Positions 1-8,891 of a stretch of 64,000 nt of DNA are shown in pieces. Source of the DNA: a virus; the IMG/VR virus record IMGVR_UViG_3300013113_000534, positions 3,440-67,439 of that record; one strand, given 5' to 3'. Position 1 is the stretch's first letter, and each line of letters opens with the position of its first letter. The notes under the pieces are model-generated. The model did no database searches, had not been told where the DNA came from, and saw nothing but the letters and a program-made list of their open reading frames with translations. The translations under genes and the position numbers were made by a program.

Positions 1-168
1 ACGACGAATTAAGCCATTATTTCGGTCGAATACCTGAATATAGCTCCCAGTTTCTCCACGGAACTGAGCGTTCAAAGTTTCTCCTTGAGTGGTATGAAGA
101 CCAAAGAAACGACCACGAGTTCCACGAATACGACTTAATGCAGTTTTCTGCTTTCGATTTAATTTCAT
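1..168 (-). CDS. small hypothetical protein, possible WYL/Sm-like SH3 fold (runs off window start)
   Basis: Not in ORF track. My translation from ATG at 168: MKLNRKQKTALSRIRGTRGRFFGLHTTQGETLNAQFRGETGSYIQVFDRNNGLIRR...; preceded by its own promoter. Confidence 0.7.
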   Translation of the reverse strand, partial: MKLNRKQKTALSRIRGTRGRFFGLHTTQGETLNAQFRGETGSYIQVFDRNNGLIRR

Positions 169-176
169 AACACGTT

Positions 177-204
177 ATTCTAAGTGCAATTAGAACTTTA
201 TCAA
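177..204 (-). promoter_or_regulatory. sigma70-type promoter
   Basis: TTGATA-N16-TAGAAT, 8 nt upstream of the ATG at 168. Confidence 0.6.
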
Positions 205-211
205 GTAAAAA

Positions 212-268
212 GTCGAACAAAGTCGTGGATACGAACTGCTTCGCAGTCGCATCACTCAGCCGTTCGAC
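212..268 (+). mobile_element. integron-type attC site 1
   Basis: R'' GTCGAAC, AAAGTC, L'' GTGGATAC, central hairpin ACTGC-TTC-GCAGT, L' GCATCAC, TCAGCC, R' GTTCGAC; L'' has one extra base versus L'. Confidence 0.75.
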
Positions 269-453
269 AAGAGATCATCAAAGTCCTCGATGGTCTTGTG
301 GATTTTCTCGCACACGGGGCATGGTTCTGTGCTGTTGTGGTATTCGGTGGGGTGGTGGTGGACTTCCCCGCAATCAATGGAGAACCTGTTCAGGTCTTTG
401 GCTAGGCGGATTGCCATAGCTTTCCATTTTTGAGCCTTTTGCTTATCTGTCAT
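256..453 (-). CDS. hypothetical Cys/His-rich protein (cassette gene between attC sites)
   Basis: 65 aa, C-x3-HHH-x4-H-x5-CPxC; stop codon lies within attC1, start 8 nt from attC2. Confidence 0.65.
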   Translation of the reverse strand: MTDKQKAQKWKAMAIRLAKDLNRFSIDCGEVHHHPTEYHNSTEPCPVCEKIHKTIEDFDDLLSNG

Positions 454-460
454 TGCAAAT

Positions 461-520
461 GTCGAACAATTTGTGGGAGGTCAACTGGCTTCGCCAGTGC
501 CTCCACGGTGGGCGTTCTCC
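461..520 (+). mobile_element. integron-type attC site 2
   Basis: R'' GTCGAAC, AATTT, L'' GTGGGAGG, hairpin ACTGGC-TTC-GCCAGT, L' CCTCCAC, GGTGGGC, R' GTTCTCC. Confidence 0.75.
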
Positions 521-660
521 TTACAAAAAATAGGGTTAGCATCTGGCTCAATATCAAGCGTGTCATCTGCAAACTCGCAATGAAAAACCCTTGTGTATCC
601 GTCCCCCTCCATATTACCCCCACAGTTAGGGCAGCAGAAGGATATTAGTTGTTCGTTCAT
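481..660 (-). CDS. small Cys-rich hypothetical protein (59 aa)
   Basis: Below ORF-track cut-off: MNEQLISFCCPNCGGNMEGDGYTRVFHCEFADDTLDIEPDANPIFCKENAHRGGTGEAS; ATG overlaps the Clp stop (ATGA). Confidence 0.7.
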   Translation of the reverse strand: MNEQLISFCCPNCGGNMEGDGYTRVFHCEFADDTLDIEPDANPIFCKENAHRGGTGEAS

Positions 661-2939
661 ACTTTAATTTTGTTAAGGTTTATTTCGGAGCAGTTTTCCG
701 TGATTTTCTCGCAAATGAACTTATTAATATAAGTATCAAACCTTTCCTCAAAGTCAACTAGATTTTTAGAGGAACGAGCGAACTTCTTTAAGAAGTCCAA
801 GGTGAATGTCACTTCAATGTTGTTTAAACGTAGATCATTATTGATCTTTCGGAGCTTGTTGTAAAGGATTCTAAAAATATCCTTCTTTTTAACCTTCTGC
901 AATAATACATTGCAGTCAACCAGAGATAATAATTCTTTAAAAATCGATGAGGTTGGAGACTCTTTGTCAGAATTAAAGCCCATTGATGAAGAATTCTCTA
1001 CTCCGCTAGTTACAAAAATTTTGACGTTGGAAAAATCAGCTATGTCTCCATTGGACATTTGTAGCTTCCCGTCTTTGAGTATTTGAGCAAATAGGCTCTT
1101 AACAGACGGGTGTAGTTTGTGGAAGTCATCAATAATAATGACGCTATTAGGATGAATATTAATCTTCTCACATAAAGAAGTGTTGTTCATGATTTCTGGT
1201 AAGATTTTAAACTTAGCGAACTCATCTGAGAAATGAACTCCACTGTAGTCTAAGACATTCACCCCACTCTTTTCCAAAGAATCCTTCAAGGTAGAGCAGA
1301 AAAAACTTTTGCCCGTAGACTCTTCACCAGTAATGCAATAAATACTTGGGACTGAACTTTTTTTATGTATCCCGTAGCTTGAAAGTGATATTGATTCAAT
1401 AAGAGAATCGATAATTTTATTATTACCCACAAACTTTTCTTTTAAGCTGAGAGATAGGTCTGATAGAATATTCGGCTTCCGTAAAGGGTTTTCCTTCTTG
1501 GAGAAGAACTCCTTCAAGTGTTTTACTGTAACATCCGGCAATGATTCTTCTTTTTCGCTTACCCAAGAAGATAGTTGATCTGTAACGAAAGAAAGAACAG
1601 AGTCTGCGTCATTAAGGTCGATATCTTTTTCTTTGATATTTTCTTTAATTTCTTTAAGAGAGGAATCTTGACCCCAATGAGAAACTTTTGCTTGTGCTCC
1701 ACAATGATCAATAACATCAATAGCTTTGTCTGGATAAAACTTATTTGGGAGGTATTTCTCACAAAAGTTAATGACGTTATTTAAGAAGTTCTCCGTGTAA
1801 CGAACGTAATGAAACTCTTCGTAATACGAGGCGATAACGGGTAATATCTCCTGCATCTGAAACTTGGAAGGCTCCTTAATAATAACCCTTTCAAAACGAC
1901 GATCTAGAGCAGTGTCTTTTTTAATCGTCTTGGTATATTCATTAATTGTAGTCGCCCCAATACAACTTATAGTGCCTCTTGCTAATTCTGGCTTGAGTAT
2001 ATTTGAAGCTTCCAAAGAGTTCTCTGTTGTCCCTCCTGCTCCCACCAAAGTGTGAATTTCGTCTATGAAAAGGATAATGTTATCGTATTTTTTAACCTCA
2101 TCTACAAACTTTTCTAGCCTCTCTTCGAACTGTCCCCTGTATTGAGTTCCAGCGACCATGCTTGATAAACTCAAAGAGTAAATCACCTTATTGGCAATAA
2201 GTTCTGGAGCTTCCCCATTAACAATCTTAGAAGCTAACCCCTCAATCAAAGAGGTTTTGCCTGTTCCTGCTGGCCCTACTAAAATCGCGTTAGGCTTTTT
2301 CTTCCTACAGAGGATCGTGGCTATCTCTGATATTTTATCATCAAAGTCAACAACCTTGTCAAACTCATCACGGGAAGCTTTTAAGTTTAAGTTCTCCGCA
2401 AATTCATCTAGGATCTTATTTTCGTCAAACATCCCGATCCAGTTTCCCATAGGGGGATTGGGATCATCGCTTTCGAAATCAAATTCCATTTTTGGCTCTT
2501 CCTCATCTTTCAAGAAAAAAGAAATATCAGTAATTAGATGATTACGATCATCTGCGTTAAAAACTTCTGCTAAAGCCTTTGGAGTGTAATCATCGCTCAA
2601 CATGCATAAAAGCATTGACTCCATGCTTATGTAATCTAACCCAAAAAGCTCTTTCTGGATAAACTCGCAATGATCGATAAGCTGAGATAGTTTGTTTGAA
2701 TACTGTCTAGAAACCTCCTTATTTGGTTTTTTATTTTTAATAACATTTTTTGCAGCTATATCAAGTGCCTTAATGCTATCATATCTTCCTAAAATGGTTT
2801 CACATGACAAGCTTATGTCATCCATGAAGCAGGAAAAGAAAATATCTAAATCGACTTTGTTTCTCCCAAGATGTTCAGTTAAGTCTTGGGAGTTTTTTAA
2901 TATAGAGGTTAGTTGAGGAGTAAAGGGCAAGTCATTCAT
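657..2939 (-). CDS. ClpA/ClpC-family AAA+ chaperone/unfoldase
   Basis: Clp N-domain-like start, GPAGTGKT, AGTQYRGQFEERL, LFIDEIHTLVGAG, IGATT, DTALDRRF, PDKAIDVID; degenerate second NBD; MGF loop. Confidence 0.93.
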   Translation of the reverse strand: MNDLPFTPQLTSILKNSQDLTEHLGRNKVDLDIFFSCFMDDISLSCETILGRYDSIKALDIAAKNVIKNKKPNKEVSRQYSNKLSQLIDHCEFIQKELFGLDYISMESMLLCMLSDDYTPKALAEVFNADDRNHLITDISFFLKDEEEPKMEFDFESDDPNPPMGNWIGMFDENKILDEFAENLNLKASRDEFDKVVDFDDKISEIATILCRKKKPNAILVGPAGTGKTSLIEGLASKIVNGEAPELIANKVIYSLSLSSMVAGTQYRGQFEERLEKFVDEVKKYDNIILFIDEIHTLVGAGGTTENSLEASNILKPELARGTISCIGATTINEYTKTIKKDTALDRRFERVIIKEPSKFQMQEILPVIASYYEEFHYVRYTENFLNNVINFCEKYLPNKFYPDKAIDVIDHCGAQAKVSHWGQDSSLKEIKENIKEKDIDLNDADSVLSFVTDQLSSWVSEKEESLPDVTVKHLKEFFSKKENPLRKPNILSDLSLSLKEKFVGNNKIIDSLIESISLSSYGIHKKSSVPSIYCITGEESTGKSFFCSTLKDSLEKSGVNVLDYSGVHFSDEFAKFKILPEIMNNTSLCEKINIHPNSVIIIDDFHKLHPSVKSLFAQILKDGKLQMSNGDIADFSNVKIFVTSGVENSSSMGFNSDKESPTSSIFKELLSLVDCNVLLQKVKKKDIFRILYNKLRKINNDLRLNNIEVTFTLDFLKKFARSSKNLVDFEERFDTYINKFICEKITENCSEINLNKIKV

Positions 2940-5500
2940 TTTTTCTTAAGATCCATTAGTTTCATCATGATTTTAGTATCTACAACCCTTGCTGAGTCTA
3001 CGAAATTACTACCACGACCTTTGCTTGCGTTCAAGATCAAAATACAGTCTTTTGAAACTTTATATTGATCAAGGAAGTCTGAAAGAGTCTCAGACCTTGA
3101 GTTATCCATCATTAGAAAGCTAGCTGAAGCAGTATTATCTGAACCCTCAATAAGCATATACTTATTCCCATTTTGGGATATTCTTATGAAGAAATCTTTA
3201 ACTTGACAAACGGTTTTGAACTTAGAGTTCTCTGGGATCTCATCCAATTCTTTTAGGCAACTCATTGAGCCAAACTCGTCTTCAAAGCAGTCCTTCAAAT
3301 CAAAAGAATAACTGTAGCCTAATAAACTGTTTTCATACCACCAGTTAGAGAACTTACGATATGGTTTATTCTTGTCAAAAATTTCTTTATAATTCTTGAA
3401 CTTCTTTTTAAACGTCTCAAACCTAGACTCCTTCATTATTGGGCGACCATCATCGGCAATGGCCTTAGCTTCAATGACTTTAGATATTGCATGTAAAATA
3501 TCGTCACCAAACCTGTCTTTAAAAAGAATAAAATTCCTCTTCTCTCTATCGGTCAAGATATTGAATGCTTGAGCCTCTAGAACCAAACGACTCCTTTTGT
3601 CTGTAGCCTCTCCCATAGCTCCAGCTTGGATTAGGGCCACTAAGACAGAAATGTTAATGCCACAACTTTTCGCAGCGGAGAAAACATCATACTTGCTAGA
3701 AAACCCATCAGAACCTTTGAAATATATAAGGCTCTCAATCGACTTCGCTGAAATGCCTTTAATGCTGTTCAGACCATATCTGATATTGTCCCCTTCAATA
3801 GAAAAATTCATTTCTGATTTAAACAAGTTAGGCGGCAGAAGTTTAATGCCGAAATGATCTAATTCTTGGTGGACAGAAGCGACAACCGCCAAGGGATCTG
3901 GATCAAACTCAGATGACTCAAGGACAGACAAGAAGAACTCTCTAGGATACTTATACTTCAGGTAAACCGTCTTGGCTGCTAACTCAGCGTAAGCAAAACT
4001 GTGAGACTTGTTAAAAGAGTAATCTGCTGAAGCTTGGAGAGCACTCCAATAGAAATCACTAATCTGACTATCTAATCCCAAATCTTCTGCGGCTTGATAA
4101 ATCCTATCCCTCCACTTAGGCATCTCATCAGCCTTCTTTTTACCAACAATTCGACGAAGAGTTTCTGCCTCTTCTAGGGTCAAACCGAAAACCTTATTAG
4201 CAATCTGCATCAACTGCTCTTGATACAAGATAACGTTTTTAGACCAAGATAGAATTTCATCTAGCTCCTCATGAAGGTCGCTTGATTGAGGAGCTTGTTT
4301 TTGTCGAATATATTCATCAACAAATTGCAAAGCCCCCGGTCTAGCAAGAGCTACAACGTCAGAAAGTTCATTTAAATTGTCTGGCTTAACGTCTTGGCAA
4401 ACCCTAAAGTTTGTATTAGCAGAAATCTGAAATAAGCCCTCTGGATGGTTGTAATCCTGAAGCTTCTCGTATATGAACCCATCATTGGGGTCAACGTCAT
4501 CTATATTGATTCCAATTTTGTCGCAAGTCCTGTGAGCAATAGTTAGAGTTCTAAGACCAAGGATATCGAACTTAACCATAAGGTCAGCGACATCGTGCAT
4601 ATTGTAACCTGTTATCAGGTCTCCATCTTTAGTTTTTTGTAGAGGTACAACATCTCCTATTGATTGGGAGCAAATAGCAATGCCAGATGGATGGACTCCC
4701 GTGTTTTTGATTAAATTTTCTATCTTCTTAGCGTTGATAAAAGTCCTGTTATGTTTTTTCACCCAATGATCAAACTTCTCATTCTCTTCTCTCGCGTTCT
4801 CCAAAGAAGATACTTTGCCATGAAGCTTTGGAATCATATCGCTAACCGCATTGGCTTGATCCTCCTTAGCCTCATCAAAATACTTGGTTGCCTCCCTAAT
4901 GCAAAGTTTAGAGCTGAAAGTATTGAAGGTTAGAATCTTCGCCGTCCTGCCCTCATGTTTTTCTTCAATATATTGAATAACTTTCTGCCTTTGCTCATAA
5001 CTAATGTCTGAATCAACATCAGGGAGAAGGCTACCAACAAGAAACTCTTTGTTCCTCTTATCGTAAACTTTTTTAGCACGACTCTTAGAAACAAAACGCT
5101 CAAAGAATAAGTTGTGAGGGATGGGATCAATATTGGTTACCCCAAGTAAATACAAAACTAAAGAACCAGCAGCGGAGCCACGACCAGCTCCAGTAGGAAT
5201 ATTGTTTTCGTGACAGAAGTTTAGAACATCCCAGTTCAACAAAATATAATCTGTGAATCCAAGCTCTTCAAAAGTTTCTAGCTCTTGTTTAGCGCGATCA
5301 AAATATTCTTTTTTGTTCTCATATTTAGTAATCCCCTTATCCCGTAAGCCTTTACGGGTAAGCTCATACATAATCTCTTTGGTTGAGCTTTCTTTATCAA
5401 GACCAATGCTGTTCAAAACAGCTTCGCTAACCGAAGTTTTTGGCAGCTCCACACCAAGTGGCTCACAATCATCGTAAACAGAAAAGTCTTCAAACATCAC
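2936..5500 (-). CDS. dnaE: DNA polymerase III alpha, catalytic core lacking the PHP domain
   Basis: GAGRGSAAGSL, LFFERF, PDVDSD, GVHPSG, KFDILGL, RPG, YQEQ, YSFNKSH, IRYGLNSIKG; C-terminal OB-like region. Confidence 0.95.
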   Translation of the reverse strand: MMFEDFSVYDDCEPLGVELPKTSVSEAVLNSIGLDKESSTKEIMYELTRKGLRDKGITKYENKKEYFDRAKQELETFEELGFTDYILLNWDVLNFCHENNIPTGAGRGSAAGSLVLYLLGVTNIDPIPHNLFFERFVSKSRAKKVYDKRNKEFLVGSLLPDVDSDISYEQRQKVIQYIEEKHEGRTAKILTFNTFSSKLCIREATKYFDEAKEDQANAVSDMIPKLHGKVSSLENAREENEKFDHWVKKHNRTFINAKKIENLIKNTGVHPSGIAICSQSIGDVVPLQKTKDGDLITGYNMHDVADLMVKFDILGLRTLTIAHRTCDKIGINIDDVDPNDGFIYEKLQDYNHPEGLFQISANTNFRVCQDVKPDNLNELSDVVALARPGALQFVDEYIRQKQAPQSSDLHEELDEILSWSKNVILYQEQLMQIANKVFGLTLEEAETLRRIVGKKKADEMPKWRDRIYQAAEDLGLDSQISDFYWSALQASADYSFNKSHSFAYAELAAKTVYLKYKYPREFFLSVLESSEFDPDPLAVVASVHQELDHFGIKLLPPNLFKSEMNFSIEGDNIRYGLNSIKGISAKSIESLIYFKGSDGFSSKYDVFSAAKSCGINISVLVALIQAGAMGEATDKRSRLVLEAQAFNILTDREKRNFILFKDRFGDDILHAISKVIEAKAIADDGRPIMKESRFETFKKKFKNYKEIFDKNKPYRKFSNWWYENSLLGYSYSFDLKDCFEDEFGSMSCLKELDEIPENSKFKTVCQVKDFFIRISQNGNKYMLIEGSDNTASASFLMMDNSRSETLSDFLDQYKVSKDCILILNASKGRGSNFVDSARVVDTKIMMKLMDLKKK

Positions 5501-6111
5501 AAATTCATTTCTTTTTTAAGTGCAGAAAAAACCTTAAAGCACATCTTATTATCATACAAGGCATCATGTAATTTATCTTCCTCAAACTCAATGCCAAAGA
5601 ATTTAAGTAGCTGGTTTTGAGACACTCTTGCCTTGAGGGATCGGTCATGGATTATTTTATACTGCCAACTCAACAAATCTTTCTTGGGCTTGTCCAAATC
5701 CTCTCTGTAAGCCTTGCCAAAAGCTCTAGTGTCATAAATTCTATTGAGATACGAATAATCAGGAGTTTCTCCCAATAACCTTTGCATCCCAGCTACCATG
5801 TAGACATCGAATCCTAGAAGGTTCTGGCCAACAATTTTATATTCTGGGTTAAATAAATCAGCCTTGAAGTCGGCCCAAACTTTCTTCAAAGGTTCTTTTC
5901 TTTCGTTATACTCATCCCAAGTAAAACCAGTAAGGCGCTCTACTATTTTATTTATTTGTAGATCCTTGTGACTAATATACCTATCATTCTCTTTAATTAC
6001 CCTGTTGCCTTGGCAGATCAACCATGAAACCTGCCAAGTGCGAGAAGAATGTAGATTAAGACCTTCAGTTTCCGTATCGAAAACTAAATATTTTTGATTA
6101 TGTGGTAGCAT
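5497..6111 (-). CDS. DEDDh 3'-5' exonuclease (DnaQ/epsilon-like)
   Basis: VFDTETEG, GQNLLGFD, YDT, LHDALYD. Confidence 0.9.
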   Translation of the reverse strand: MLPHNQKYLVFDTETEGLNLHSSRTWQVSWLICQGNRVIKENDRYISHKDLQINKIVERLTGFTWDEYNERKEPLKKVWADFKADLFNPEYKIVGQNLLGFDVYMVAGMQRLLGETPDYSYLNRIYDTRAFGKAYREDLDKPKKDLLSWQYKIIHDRSLKARVSQNQLLKFFGIEFEEDKLHDALYDNKMCFKVFSALKKEMNL

Positions 6112-6799
6112 CTTTGTAGGACTCCCAGCAGAACTCGTCTGAGCAGAAGTGATTTATGTTTGGGTTTTGGAAAGTTGGAGATTTGCCTCCAGATCTATTA
6201 CAAGTCGCTTTATACATTTGTAAAGCGGCAAATTCATCTTTATTGTGATGTACGATTGTCTTGACTGCTTGCGTCTTAACTCCAAGATCATCAATAACAG
6301 ATTTGATTTGAAAATCAAAGGGGTGGTTATTATCTTCAATGAAGTAAACTGGGTCTAAGTGCTCAATATCTATATGGGATAGCCCAAAATTAAATAAATT
6401 ATTAAAAACGTACGAGTCATAAAAGGGGACGCACACTTTAAGATTCTTGAAATCTTCTTTTTTATATTCAGATAGAATTAAAGATTTGCAGTCATTCAAG
6501 GATGCGCTTGAATACATCTTCTTTAAATCCTTTATGCCCTGATTATTTTTTGCAAAGAGAACTAATTTGCTAGCCTTTTCATTTTCATCAACTCCATTAT
6601 TAATAACGGGAATCCTAAGACCAAATACTAAATCAATATTTTCCTCTTGAAAGAGGTTGTTAAATATTCTAAAGCCATAAAAGCTATCTTCAACTAAGAT
6701 AACGCGATCCAAAGAGTTGAGCTTTGCAATATCCAATATTTTCTCTGCGGTCAGAATAGATTTACCTATACTAAACTGGCTCTTAAAGAGAGGTATCAT
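6098..6799 (-). CDS. stand-alone PHP domain of DNA polymerase III alpha (probably inactive)
   Basis: PLFKSQFSIGKSIL, VFGLRI and LVLFAKNNQGIKDLKK match the DnaE N-terminus; metal-binding His residues are replaced. Confidence 0.85.
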   Translation of the reverse strand: MIPLFKSQFSIGKSILTAEKILDIAKLNSLDRVILVEDSFYGFRIFNNLFQEENIDLVFGLRIPVINNGVDENEKASKLVLFAKNNQGIKDLKKMYSSASLNDCKSLILSEYKKEDFKNLKVCVPFYDSYVFNNLFNFGLSHIDIEHLDPVYFIEDNNHPFDFQIKSVIDDLGVKTQAVKTIVHHNKDEFAALQMYKATCNRSGGKSPTFQNPNINHFCSDEFCWESYKDATT

Positions 6800-6808
6800 G
6801 CAGGAATC

Positions 6809-7855
6809 CTAAAGGAGGTCGCTTGGGCTGTCAAACGAAAAAGATGGGCAACCTGAATATTTTTTCTTCTCAATACGTGTTCCTACTCCTTCGTCAAGCA
6901 TAACTTGTAAATCTTCTTTATTGTAAGATGACTTGATGAACTTGTCCTTTTCTCCAAGCAAATGGTAGTAATCGAACGGGAACTTGAATGGGCAGTGCCA
7001 CATCAAATCTCCATTCTTTTTTAATTGGCCTACATGAGTAGCTCTACCGCAAACAATTTTACCAGCAAAACCATCTTCCTTTGCTGGATAACCTTTATCC
7101 CAAGCAAGGCCACTGACCGCAGTCTTTTCACTGAAATTGTTTATAACCTGCTGTACATCCGTCAAAAAATATTCAAAACCTTCTAGGTCTAATTCATCTA
7201 ACGGCTCCATCGCCATAAGCCCCTCCCCATTCAAATCAAACTTTAAGAATAAGAACTCCATGCGCCTCTTGAGGTATTCTGGATACAAATACTTAACAGC
7301 GAGGCAATACATATAATCCTGCATGTTGTCTGTATACTCCTTCCCTTCGAAAACATTTTTCGAGGTTTTAAAGTCTCGGATTATAGCTGTTTTTTTTCTT
7401 TTAAAAAGAAATAGCTTATCGATAAATCCAAGTATTCGATAATTCTTATCTCCTTCGTTTACGGATATGTCAAAATCTTTCTCAGAAATAGCTTCTGTCG
7501 GTTTTCCGTCTGTGTCTCCAAAAAAATCAAAATTAAGACCCTCAACTGTCATCTTGTTGATTAGATCCATATTTTCAAAATCGTCTATCTCATACTTTTT
7601 GGCGTAAGCTTCCACCATCCTCTTAATTGGAAGACTAGCGTTTATATCTTGAGCTTTAATGATAGCTCTATAATGCTTCCTATGCCTAGGATTACCCAAG
7701 TTCTCGAAAACAGCATGGCAGATTGTCCCACGCAAAGACCCATGATTAGATTTGTCTGGTAGACGCAAATGATACTTGGCCCAATATTGCCAAGTGCAAG
7801 TTTGCATTGTTTTTATGCGTGATGCTGAGAGAGGTTTGTTTTCAGATTTCTCCAT
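6809..7855 (-). CDS. PD-(D/E)XK exonuclease, Cas4/RecB-like
   Basis: LSASRIK..C, GTICHAVFE, GFIDKL, IRDFKTS, Q..MY, C-terminal Cys residues; start moved to the Met at 7855. Confidence 0.85.
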   Translation of the reverse strand: MEKSENKPLSASRIKTMQTCTWQYWAKYHLRLPDKSNHGSLRGTICHAVFENLGNPRHRKHYRAIIKAQDINASLPIKRMVEAYAKKYEIDDFENMDLINKMTVEGLNFDFFGDTDGKPTEAISEKDFDISVNEGDKNYRILGFIDKLFLFKRKKTAIIRDFKTSKNVFEGKEYTDNMQDYMYCLAVKYLYPEYLKRRMEFLFLKFDLNGEGLMAMEPLDELDLEGFEYFLTDVQQVINNFSEKTAVSGLAWDKGYPAKEDGFAGKIVCGRATHVGQLKKNGDLMWHCPFKFPFDYYHLLGEKDKFIKSSYNKEDLQVMLDEGVGTRIEKKKYSGCPSFSFDSPSDLL

Positions 7856-8891
7856 AATGGAAGTCGTATTTTTTTTCGAACTTCCGTAAATTAGAAGTAA
7901 ATGTTTTATTGACTCCACGTTTATTCATCTCTTTAGCGAAATCAATAACGTTAGTCATTGTTTCATTATGCTTGATTGACGCACAATATTCAACATATTT
8001 ATTTATTTGTTCTTTATCCATGTCTCCGAAATCATTTTCTGGAGGTGGAGAAAAAAATACTTTATCGAAATCAATTTGATCGCAGAGTTTAAATATAGAC
8101 TTAATTGAACCTTCAAATCCCCTATTGGAACCTGAATTAAAATCATTATTAAATGCAACAAAAATTTTATCTAAAGGCAAGCCATGTAGCTTAGATATAA
8201 ATTTAGGTGAAATGTTAAGGCCAAAAGAAACAAGAACATTTTTAACTCCAGCATCGAACAATGAGATGCAATCTCCAATCGACTCTACAATATAGACACT
8301 GCGACTCTCTTCAATAGCAGTACGAACTTCATCAATTGTATAATATGGATAGAACCAATCAGAACACCTCCCATTGTGCAACCATTTGGGTCTAGGGTCA
8401 TCTGTTACCTTTCGGCCTGAAAAGCCATGTATCCTCCCGTCAGGGCGGCAAATGGGGAATATGACTCGCTGATACATTTTTCCAGACATCGCCAAGCCGC
8501 ACTTGAACTTCTTCAAAGTGTCTTCTGATATCCCCCTATTCAAATAAAAGTCATAATGAGGTAGCAAGCGATTTAAACAAGAATCTGGATATGTTTTTTC
8601 TTCATTCAAAAGGTTTTTTTGAGCAGAACGTTCATATATGTTTACACTATTACTCTTCAAGTAAGAGCTTAAAATACTCTTGTCATTAGTATTCAAAGTT
8701 TTCTGAAGCAAAGCTTCAAAGGGAAGAAACATGGAGTCTTCCACATAATCCTTCCAGACTCCCGTGTCTTTATAAATCTGTAGTGCTGTAGAATTATCAC
8801 CAGACCTGTACACGGCACTGGTTCTCCAATAAGAGCCATGATCTTTTAGGCGATAGCCAAGGTCTTCTAAAACAGACTTGTAATCGGTCAT
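7842..8891 (-). CDS. DNA primase (DnaG-like, TOPRIM)
   Basis: RVIFPI, GFSGR, PKW, IVESIGDCISL, AFNND. Confidence 0.88.
   Translation of the reverse strand: MTDYKSVLEDLGYRLKDHGSYWRTSAVYRSGDNSTALQIYKDTGVWKDYVEDSMFLPFEALLQKTLNTNDKSILSSYLKSNSVNIYERSAQKNLLNEEKTYPDSCLNRLLPHYDFYLNRGISEDTLKKFKCGLAMSGKMYQRVIFPICRPDGRIHGFSGRKVTDDPRPKWLHNGRCSDWFYPYYTIDEVRTAIEESRSVYIVESIGDCISLFDAGVKNVLVSFGLNISPKFISKLHGLPLDKIFVAFNNDFNSGSNRGFEGSIKSIFKLCDQIDFDKVFFSPPPENDFGDMDKEQINKYVEYCASIKHNETMTNVIDFAKEMNKRGVNKTFTSNLRKFEKKYDFHYGEI

Noticed and set aside
17-220. ORF-track 67-aa minus ORF and the + ORFs at 184-405, 225-419 and 430-648
   Set aside because: Alternative frames (1-168, 256-453 and 481-660 on minus) have better starts, coupling and protein-like sequence.
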